A DNA stretch of 32,000 nucleotides from Erysipelotrichaceae bacterium (GTDB taxonomy: Bacteria > Bacillota_I > Bacilli_A > Erysipelotrichales > Coprobacillaceae): positions 120,001 to 152,000 of the forward strand of contig JAQVDW010000002.1 in the NCBI GenBank assembly GCA_028698185.1. The letters run 5' to 3'. The notes beneath the pieces are model-generated. The model was not told the DNA's origin and made no database searches. It was given only the letters and a program-made list of their open reading frames with translations. Shown here piece after piece: positions 1-6,704 of this stretch. The position numbers and the translations under genes were made by a program. Each line of letters opens with the position of its first letter. Within the stretch, counting starts at the first letter, position 1.

Positions 1-503
1 CCTACATAAGGCAATTGGCGGAATCTTTCGTTGAAATCCAGACCAAAACCTACTACAAAGGCATTAGGAATTTCAAAACCGACATAATCGGCTTTTATAT
101 CAAATGTCCGACCTTCTGGTTTGTCGAGCATTGTTGCCACCTTGACACTTCTCACATCGCGGTCATAAAGCATTTCGACTACATTGGCCAAAGTCTTGCC
201 GGTGTCGATTATGTCTTCGACGATGATGATGTTTTTTCCTGCAATCGGTCCTTCGACATCCTGTTTTACTACCAGTGTCTTTGACTCGACTCCATCATAC
301 GAGCTGACGTTCATGTACTCGAACGAAACTTCCGCTTCGATATATTTTGAAAGTTCGCTTAAAAAGGGAACGGACCCCTTCAACAGGCCAAGCAAAATTA
401 CTTTTTTCCCTTTATAGTCTTCGTTTATTTGAGCGGCCATCTCCTTGCATCTTTGCGTAATTTGATCGCCTGAAATCAAAATTTCCTTTATTGAATCATT
501 CAT
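1..503 (-). CDS. hpt: hypoxanthine phosphoribosyltransferase (C-terminal end runs off the window)
   Basis: My own minus-strand translation from the ATG at 501-503 gives MNDSIKEILISGDQITQRCKEMAAQINEDYKGKKVILLGLLKGSVPF...GKNIIIVEDIIDTGKTL, which contains the PRPP-binding motif. AAGGAG lies 7 nt upstream. It sits downstream of tilS, the usual tilS-hpt order. It is absent from the ORF track because it has no stop in the window. Confidence 0.9.
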   Translation of the reverse strand, partial: MNDSIKEILISGDQITQRCKEMAAQINEDYKGKKVILLGLLKGSVPFLSELSKYIEAEVSFEYMNVSSYDGVESKTLVVKQDVEGPIAGKNIIIVEDIIDTGKTLANVVEMLYDRDVRSVKVATMLDKPEGRTFDIKADYVGFEIPNAFVVGFGLDFNERFRQLPYV

Positions 504-522
504 TATTTCACTCCTTTTATTT

Positions 523-1755
523 TCATAATAATAGCACAAATAAATTTGCTTTTGTAGTCAAATACTTGATATTTTTGGCTATTCCGGGGATTAAAACTAT
601 TTCTTGAGAAGCATTTACCACCACCGGATAGATTTTCCTTTTGGTCGCGGGAACTTTGTTGTCGATAAAAAGCCGACTGACTTTTTTTGTTCCACCGCTC
701 GTGACGATCCGGTCGCCCGGCTGGTAATTTCTTATGGTCAATGGATAATCATCCTCGCCAAGAGAGACCCCGTTGTTGAGCGGTCCCTGGTTTGCCACCA
801 AGAAGAAGTCCGTAGCCAAAGGCTTTGGGGCATTCAAGACAAAATGGTAGCCTTCGGGTTTTTCGCCGATAGCGACATATACATTATGATATTCTTTTAT
901 GAATTTATAATTAACTGGCAGGTTTATTGTGATGTTTGGCTTATCGCTTTGGATCTGTTTATAGATTTCATCAACCAGATTGCTGGTAATCAGTTCCCGT
1001 TCCAGATGTAATGCCATGATCTCATAGAGCAATTCGAGATAATTACCCTGATTGATATCGGCAACACCGATATGGCCGTTTTTGCGGTACCTGGTCAGAA
1101 TCGGGGTGATCTGATTGATAATGTTCATTTTCTGCCGGTTGTAATAAGACCGATAAAGCAACAGTTCGTCTTTCTGGCGGTCATCAAATCCGCTGATTAT
1201 CTCATTGCGGACAAAATCCCGGGTAAACTCTGTCTGGAAATTCGTATAGTCATCACGGTAATAGACATCATTTCCATGGCAATATTCCCGCAGTTTGTTT
1301 TTAGGTGTCTCAAGCAACGGGCGGAGGATCTCCATACCCTGGACATAACTGTGCTCACTGAGGCCCAGAAAACCCATGAATCCCCGTTGTTTTTGCATGT
1401 AGATTGTTTCGATCTGATCATCACGATGATGACCGAGAATGATTGTATCAATCCGGTACTGTTGTCCGATCTGATGATAGAACGCGTATCTCAATTTGCG
1501 GGCCTGGGCCTGAAAATTCCCTTTTTGGTAGTCGTTGGCGTCAACCCGCAAGATTTCGCATGGAATATTTCTTTGCCGGCAATAGCTCGTTACCGTAAGT
1601 TCGTCAAGAATCGAATCAAAACGCAAAAAGTAGTTAACATGGACTGCAACTACTTGAACACGAGCATTATATAACAGATCCAGCAATGCCATGGAATCAC
1701 AACCGCCAGATACGCCAACAAGATATTTTCGATTTTTTACGACACTCTCGATCAT
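523..1755 (-). CDS. tilS: tRNA(Ile)-lysidine synthase
   Basis: 410 aa ORF with the N-terminal PP-loop SGGCDSMAL. Length and tilS-hpt synteny fit. Confidence 0.92.
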   Translation of the reverse strand: MIESVVKNRKYLVGVSGGCDSMALLDLLYNARVQVVAVHVNYFLRFDSILDELTVTSYCRQRNIPCEILRVDANDYQKGNFQAQARKLRYAFYHQIGQQYRIDTIILGHHRDDQIETIYMQKQRGFMGFLGLSEHSYVQGMEILRPLLETPKNKLREYCHGNDVYYRDDYTNFQTEFTRDFVRNEIISGFDDRQKDELLLYRSYYNRQKMNIINQITPILTRYRKNGHIGVADINQGNYLELLYEIMALHLERELITSNLVDEIYKQIQSDKPNITINLPVNYKFIKEYHNVYVAIGEKPEGYHFVLNAPKPLATDFFLVANQGPLNNGVSLGEDDYPLTIRNYQPGDRIVTSGGTKKVSRLFIDNKVPATKRKIYPVVVNASQEIVLIPGIAKNIKYLTTKANLFVLLL

Positions 1756-1756
1756 A

Positions 1757-2248
1757 TCATAACCTTCCTATATAACAAGCCACCTTGCGAAAATGCGACC
1801 GGTAATATTCTTCAAAACCCAGCTTCTCCAACAACTTCCGTGAAGGGACATTGGCCAATTTCACCATGCAGTAGATCACTTTGACCTGGAACTTTTCCTT
1901 GAGGTAAAGTAAAAAAGCCTGCAGACACTCGTACATGTAGCCATTTCGCCAATAGTCACTGTCCAATGTATAACCAAGGGATATCTCGTCGTTGACAGCG
2001 ATATTGATGTAGATGTCGCCGATCAATGAATCGGTCTCTTTCAAGTAGATGCCTAATTGATAAGTTCCTGGTCGGAAATCAAACGGCTGATCAAGACATT
2101 CTTTGATTCGTTTGAGCGCCTTTGCCAAATTATAGTTCTTGTAAGACTGATATCGGGCAACCTCTTCTTTGGAACGATACCCGGCCATGGCCGGGGCATC
2201 TTCCAATCGCAGGTCCCGAATGTACAACCGCTGCGTTTCTAGTTTCAT
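1757..2248 (-). CDS. GNAT family N-acetyltransferase (RimJ/RimL-like)
   Basis: The ORF track gives 1757..2293. I place the start at the internal MKLETQRLYIRDLRLEDAP (ATG 2246-2248), the typical N-terminus of this family. The stop lies 1 nt before the tilS start. Confidence 0.82.
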   Translation of the reverse strand: MKLETQRLYIRDLRLEDAPAMAGYRSKEEVARYQSYKNYNLAKALKRIKECLDQPFDFRPGTYQLGIYLKETDSLIGDIYINIAVNDEISLGYTLDSDYWRNGYMYECLQAFLLYLKEKFQVKVIYCMVKLANVPSRKLLEKLGFEEYYRSHFRKVACYIGRL

Positions 2249-3101
2249 TTTTTTCGATATTGTAATAAATAAACAGCATCCGATCTTTGCCATTGATGTC
2301 TTTGATTATTTCAAATTCATCGTCGAAATATTCTTTGACTGCCCGCTCCATGATTTCGCGTTGGTCGAATCCCATTTCGAATGCAAGCAAAGCCCGGTCA
2401 TTTAACAAGGGTTTGACCCCGGCAAATATTTTTCGGTAGAAATACAATCCGTCGTCACCGCCAAAAAGTGCGATATTCGGTTCGTTGTCCTTGACAAGTG
2501 ATTCTATTTCCTGATTTTGGGGAATGTAGGGCGGATTAGACACAAAAACATCCACCTTATGGTTTCTTGCCAACAGGGGTTCGAGCATGTCACCAACGAA
2601 GAATTCGACATTAGCGTCCAGCGCGTCAGCGTTTTCCTGCGCCACGGCAACCGCCTTTTGCGAGATATCACTGGCCACGACATGGAGCCGCGCTTCCTCA
2701 AGGGCGAGCGTGATTGCAATCGCACCAGAGCCCGTGCCAACGTCGCAAAGCTCGATGCTTGGATAATCATCAAAGTAATCATCGATGCGATAGAGGATCT
2801 GTTCTACAAGTTCCTCAGTCTCATAGCGGGGTATCAGCACGTCGCTGTTGACCTTGAAATCACGGCCAAAAAAAGTCTCATACCCCTTTATGTATTGGAT
2901 CGGTTTTCCTGCAATATACTCTTCGAGCAGGTTGTGGAATTTTTCCAGAACGGATCTTTCCACTTCGTTGTCAAAATTCAAATAAAGCTGTTGGGGATTC
3001 ATGTTCGCCAGATGGTAAAAAAGCACCTTTGCCACGTTGACATCCTTTTCCAGCGCTTCTAGTTTCGATTCGCTTTGTAAAATCAGCTCTCTGATGGTCA
3101 T
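2130..3101 (-). CDS. prmC: peptide chain release factor N5-glutamine methyltransferase; the 3' end is doubtful (see finding)
   Basis: 323 aa ORF with the SAM-binding DVGTGSGAI and the catalytic NPPY (VFVSNPPYIP). It lies directly downstream of prfA. The last ~40 codons overlap the GNAT gene in another frame. Confidence 0.9.
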   Translation of the reverse strand: MTIRELILQSESKLEALEKDVNVAKVLFYHLANMNPQQLYLNFDNEVERSVLEKFHNLLEEYIAGKPIQYIKGYETFFGRDFKVNSDVLIPRYETEELVEQILYRIDDYFDDYPSIELCDVGTGSGAIAITLALEEARLHVVASDISQKAVAVAQENADALDANVEFFVGDMLEPLLARNHKVDVFVSNPPYIPQNQEIESLVKDNEPNIALFGGDDGLYFYRKIFAGVKPLLNDRALLAFEMGFDQREIMERAVKEYFDDEFEIIKDINGKDRMLFIYYNIEKNETRNAAVVHSGPAIGRCPGHGRVSFQRRGCPISVLQEL

Positions 3102-3102
3102 C

Positions 3103-4179
3103 TTATCTAGCGCCTTCTTCCAATTTCAACCGCTGATCTTCATTGATCAAGGCCGTGATAATATCATCCATTTTCCCTTCGACAATCCGGTCAAGCTGCT
3201 GGATTGTCAGACCGATACGGTGGTCGGTAACCCGGTTTTGCGGATAATTGTAGGTACGGATTTTTTCAGAGCGGTCCCCTGAACCGACTTTACTTTTCCG
3301 TTCGCTGCCGATCGCTTCGGCCTTTATTTGTTCGAAATGGTCATAGATTTTGGCAACCAAAGCCTTCATCGCTTTGTCCTTGTTGTCATGTTGTGAACGG
3401 CCATCTTGAGATGCCGCGACGATTCCTGTTGGAATATGGGTGATCCGGACTGCAGAATCCGTCTTGTTGATATGTTGCCCTCCGGCACCAGATGCACGGT
3501 AAGTGTCAATTCTCAAATCGTTCTTATTGATGTCGATATCGACCTCTTCCATCTCCGGCATTACCAAGACAGTTGCTGTCGATGTGTGGACACGTCCCTG
3601 CGTTTCCGTTTTGGGAACACGTTGGACACGATGCGACCCCGATTCAAACTTCAATTTGCCATAGACATCATCGCCGATAACGTTGAATGAGATCAGCGAA
3701 AAACCTCCAGCGGGTGCTTCGACTGCTTCGATCACTTCAATGCGCCAACCTTGAGCTTCGGCATAACGGCTGTACATTCTATACAGATCTCCCGCAAATA
3801 TATTTCCTTCGTCGCCACCAGCGGCACCGCGGATTTCCATGATGACGTTCTTGTTGTCATTTGGATCCTTGGGAATCAATTCAAGCTCCAGTTTCTGGGT
3901 GACTTCAGGTAGCTGTTCTTCCAATTCGTCAAGCTCCATTTGAGCCATTTCCTTGATTTCAGCGTCAGGTTCCTTTAGAAGTTCTTTCGCTTCTTGAATG
4001 CCTGTGTTTATTTGTTTGAACTCTTGAAAAAGATCATATGCACCTTGAAGTTGTGATTGTTCTTTTGTGATTTCCGTCATTCTTTTTATATCGCTGCCGA
4101 TGTCCGGATCCATCAACATTTGTACTAATTCTTCATAGCGCTTTTCTATAGATTCTAATCTATCTATCATACTATCCAT
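3103..4179 (-). CDS. prfA: peptide chain release factor 1
   Basis: 358 aa with the GGQ motif (SGAGGQHINKT) and an RF1-type PxT tripeptide context (RVQRVPKTETQGRVHTS). SD GGAGG lies 8 nt upstream. Confidence 0.97.
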   Translation of the reverse strand: MDSMIDRLESIEKRYEELVQMLMDPDIGSDIKRMTEITKEQSQLQGAYDLFQEFKQINTGIQEAKELLKEPDAEIKEMAQMELDELEEQLPEVTQKLELELIPKDPNDNKNVIMEIRGAAGGDEGNIFAGDLYRMYSRYAEAQGWRIEVIEAVEAPAGGFSLISFNVIGDDVYGKLKFESGSHRVQRVPKTETQGRVHTSTATVLVMPEMEEVDIDINKNDLRIDTYRASGAGGQHINKTDSAVRITHIPTGIVAASQDGRSQHDNKDKAMKALVAKIYDHFEQIKAEAIGSERKSKVGSGDRSEKIRTYNYPQNRVTDHRIGLTIQQLDRIVEGKMDDIITALINEDQRLKLEEGAR

Positions 4180-4207
4180 ATATATACCTCCAAGCCTTAA
4201 ACATTGT

Positions 4208-4235
4208 ACTATAAATTTATTATTAATGATAGTAA
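4208..4235 (-). promoter_or_regulatory. candidate sigma-A promoter for prfA
   Basis: Minus strand reads TTACTA (4230-4235), a 16 nt spacer, then TATAGT (4208-4213), about 30 nt upstream of the prfA ATG. Confidence 0.4.
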
Positions 4236-4529
4236 TACAACGAAAATATTTGCATAAAAACGGGAAAATCCACGATAAGATGCGCCAAAATTAATACCTG
4301 TAGAAAGCCTGGTCAATATCATTTCCCTTCGCCACAGATTTTCCCGGTCCTTAAATGATATACCACTTATGTAAGATAAAACGCTAAAATAAATAGTATT
4401 GGATTCATTAATATCAAATATGCAATAGTATGCGCAATAATTGTCTTTAATGATAAAATTACCACTTTTAACGACCTGGTTAGATATTAAAAAATAATGC
4501 AAAAATCGATATTTTTTATATGAAAACGC

Positions 4530-4561
4530 TTGCATTATCAGGGGTCGTGTGCTAGTATAAT
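4530..4561 (+). promoter_or_regulatory. candidate plus-strand promoter facing the ORF-free island
   Basis: TTGCAT (4530-4535) is followed after 17 nt by TAGTAT (4553-4558). A perfect TATAAT sits at 4556-4561, but that gives 20 nt spacing. The geometry is imperfect. Confidence 0.35.
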
Positions 4562-4564
4562 AGT

Positions 4565-5212
4565 ACAAGGAGGGTGGTAGTAATAGCCAATGAGATTTCT
4601 CTAAATCTTAGTTGATGAGCAATCGGATATTAGGATACCAACGCAAGTTGGACAAATCGCAATAGAGGTTATGAGGTAGGTTACTAAGCTATGTAAGATT
4701 TGTTTATCAGCCATAATTACAGTCAGATTTCAGTTGATCTATTTGCCAAGACGGAAAAACAAAAGATTTGATTGCCGCTGAAATATGAATCCAAGAAATT
4801 ATCGGAAATCGATAAAAAATCACTGATGAAATCGAGTTTGAAAATATGTAATTTGTTTATTGAAACTACGCTAGTTGAATCGACGAAAAGATTGATGCAT
4901 AGTGAGATTTATTGGATGGTTTATTTCGTTAAACCATGTAAATTGTTGTAGCGTATTGACATATACTAATTGATCTAAAGCGAGATGGAATATTAATTTA
5001 AGACCCTGACAACTTCGTGCGATGTAAAAGCGCAAGCCGATGGCAATTAAATCAATAATTAGTTAGATGAGAATATAACAACATTACCCTAATACCAAAT
5101 AGCGATATTTGCAGTAATAGTTTATATCAGTAAAATAATTAAAGAGAAATCTTCAAGAAGTTATAACTACACTCAAACCTGGAAAGGGGAAGGCGATTGC
5201 CTTCCTCTTTTT
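4565..5212 (+). ncRNA. candidate large non-coding RNA; family unknown, strand inferred
   Basis: No ORF of 60 aa or more on either strand. G+C is about 32% by hand count. Plus-strand G exceeds C (about 118 vs 77 over 4561-5160). A GCAA-capped hairpin lies at 4638-4651 and an 8 bp hairpin at 4916-4937. A 12 bp terminator stem at 5183-5210 is followed by a T-tract on the plus strand. Confidence 0.35.
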
Positions 5213-5216
5213 GATA
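5183..5216. terminator. intrinsic terminator hairpin, usable from both strands
   Basis: AAAGGGGAAGGC gatt GCCTTCCTCTTT (one G.U pair). The plus strand continues TTGATACTTTT. On the minus strand it sits directly after the LUD gene stop but has only a short TTT tract. Confidence 0.7.
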
Positions 5217-5219
5217 CTT

Positions 5220-5840
5220 TTAATATCCCAATCCCTCACCGACAAGAATAACTTTGATCCTGTCTTTTTCCCGGGAATAGCGGGTTATGACTTCCTGCGC
5301 GCACATCGTCCCTTCTAGACATTCGCTGCATTTTCCAGTCAGAGCGCAAGGGGTCTTGAGACTCAGCCGCTGGGCATTTGGCACGCAAGCCATTGTCCTA
5401 ATCCGTTTGATCGCACTTTCAACATCTGCGACCACCTTGTTTTTGCCGACCACTATGATGACCTGGTGAGGACCAAAACACAAAGCGGCGACCCGGTTGG
5501 AATTGCCGTCGATATTGACAAGCTGTCCGTCCAAAGTAATGGCATTGGTCGACATCAAGAAGATATCACTAACAAGGCACTGGCGCATCAGATCCGCCCT
5601 TTGCTCATGGGTCTGCCCTCTTTCCCGGTCAATGAAATTGTAACCATCATTTCTCAAAATATCAACCAGTCCGATCTCCTTGATGGTCTCGCTACCGCCC
5701 ATTCCAATGGATTGTTCCTTATCGATGAGTTCAAGAACTTTTTTTAGAGCCTCTTGCTTGTTTTCCACATAGTATCCGGCCATATTGCGCCGGTTCAACC
5801 CTTTGATGATAGTATTTGCCTGAATAGAGAAATAATCCAT
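5220..5840 (-). CDS. LUD (DUF162, LutC/YkgG-like) domain protein
   Basis: ORF track gives 5220..5858. I use the start at MDYFSIQ (ATG 5838-5840), 7 nt after AGGAGG. Family call rests on the GMGGSETI and LMSTNAITLDGQLVNIDGNSNR motifs and a C-terminal Cys cluster. Confidence 0.82.
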   Translation of the reverse strand: MDYFSIQANTIIKGLNRRNMAGYYVENKQEALKKVLELIDKEQSIGMGGSETIKEIGLVDILRNDGYNFIDRERGQTHEQRADLMRQCLVSDIFLMSTNAITLDGQLVNIDGNSNRVAALCFGPHQVIIVVGKNKVVADVESAIKRIRTMACVPNAQRLSLKTPCALTGKCSECLEGTMCAQEVITRYSREKDRIKVILVGEGLGY

Positions 5841-5890
5841 AAAAAACCTCCTTTTCAATCATCATAACCCATCTAAACCGTCTAAACAAC

Positions 5891-5919
5891 CAAAAAACCG
5901 TGCTTGTCGAGGGCACGGT
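5891..5919 (-). terminator. hairpin plus U-tract between the tdk terminator and the LUD gene
   Basis: Minus strand reads ACCGTGC cctcgacaa GCACGGT TTTTTTGG, 50 nt upstream of the LUD ATG. Confidence 0.6.
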
Positions 5920-6065
5920 TATTGTTAAGATTCTTGGCGGATGTCTTAACTGGGAAGATTTGATAATTTTAAGGGAGTAAAATTATATTATTATCTACAA
6001 ACATATAGTAAATAATTTTTGTTAACTGTTTATGAACATAAAACCATTTTTATAAATTTATTTTG

Positions 6066-6093
6066 TACAAAAAAAGATTGGCTGAGCAATCTT
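6066..6093 (-). terminator. tdk intrinsic terminator
   Basis: Minus strand reads AAGATTG ctcagc CAATCTT TTTTTTG, immediately after the tdk stop codon. Confidence 0.75.
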
Positions 6094-6094
6094 T

Positions 6095-6703
6095 TCATTT
6101 ACGCTTATTATCGACAACTTTCGGCGGTTTTTCCACGACCTCGTGGCAGTGGCGGCAACGTGGCTCGTATTGACTTACTGATCCGACCAAAATGACCGCA
6201 TCCGAAAATTTAGCCGGTTTGCCGTTTATCAGTCTTTGGGTCCTCGTCGCCGGAGCTCCACAGACCGCACAGACTGCTGTCAGCTTGGAAATGAACTCGG
6301 CCTTGGAAAGAAGTTCACCCATGACCGGGAAGCATTCGCCCCTAAAGTCCTGGTCGAGCCCGGCAACAGTCACCCGAATGCCTTTGTCCGCGAGATATTC
6401 ACATATGTCGATAATTTTCCGGTCCAGGAACTGAACCTCGTCGATAATTACAACCTCGACGCTATCATCTATATGTTCCAGAATTTCAACGCTATCCTTG
6501 ACGGTTATACACGGAACCCGGACACCTAGATGGGTTACGATCTCATCGCCGGAATAGCGATTGTCGATATGTGGCTTGAATACCATGATATTCTTCTTGG
6601 CATACTGGAAAACGGTGATTCTTCTGATCAGTTCCTCCGTCTTTCCGGCGAACATGCAGCCGCAAATTACCTCGATCCAGCCTTCTTCGTATTGATGATA
6701 CAT
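6095..6703 (-). CDS. tdk: thymidine kinase
   Basis: 202 aa with P-loop GCMFAGKTEEL and zinc-ribbon cysteines CAVCG...CRHCH. Confidence 0.95.
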   Translation of the reverse strand: MYHQYEEGWIEVICGCMFAGKTEELIRRITVFQYAKKNIMVFKPHIDNRYSGDEIVTHLGVRVPCITVKDSVEILEHIDDSVEVVIIDEVQFLDRKIIDICEYLADKGIRVTVAGLDQDFRGECFPVMGELLSKAEFISKLTAVCAVCGAPATRTQRLINGKPAKFSDAVILVGSVSQYEPRCRHCHEVVEKPPKVVDNKRK

Positions 6704-6704
6704 A

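Noticed and set aside
15-417. ORFs 15..284(+) and 184..417(+).
   Set aside because: They are antisense to the partial hpt gene, whose minus-strand translation shows the PRPP-binding motif and a proper SD and start.
1072-1674. Long antisense ORFs inside well-supported genes. Examples: 1072..1674(+), 2517..3062(+), 12028..12465(+), 13597..14247(-), 15406..15894(+), 19042..19602(+), 22738..23118(+).
   Set aside because: Each lies wholly opposite a gene with clear family motifs. They have no SD and give low-complexity or Cys/Arg-rich products with no recognisable domains. Such shadow ORFs are expected at this composition.
4541-4580. tmRNA-like 5' GGGGTCG and the T-box-like GGGTGGTA block.
   Set aside because: There is no acceptor or T-arm partner, no tag reading frame and no CCA end for tmRNA. 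For a T-box there is no specifier or antiterminator architecture and no downstream aminoacyl-tRNA synthetase or amino-acid gene.
4823-4843. Hammerhead-ribozyme-like core: CTGATGA (4823-4829) followed by GAAA (4840-4843).
   Set aside because: The 10 nt between them (AATCGAGTTT) cannot form a credible stem II. I could not assemble flanking stems I/III or a cleavage-site triplet.
4804-4884. Repeated GAAATCGA / GAATCGAC motifs (4805, 4828, 4877), considered as a possible tandem repeat, CRISPR-like or ToxI-like array.
   Set aside because: There are only three short degenerate copies at irregular spacing (23 and 48 nt). There is no adjacent cas or toxin gene.
4578-5120. Direct repeat GTAGTAATAG (4578-4587) / GCAGTAATAG (5111-5120), considered as possible target-site duplication of a mobile insertion.
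   Set aside because: It is a 9/10 match of an AT-rich 10-mer, well within chance expectation for this composition. No terminal inverted repeats or transposase are present.
4180-5219. The AT-rich island as a replication origin or DnaA-box cluster.
   Set aside because: I found no cluster of TTATCCACA-like boxes. The only 8/9 match in the window is at 11073-11081, inside the yybS start region. dnaA and dnaN are not adjacent.
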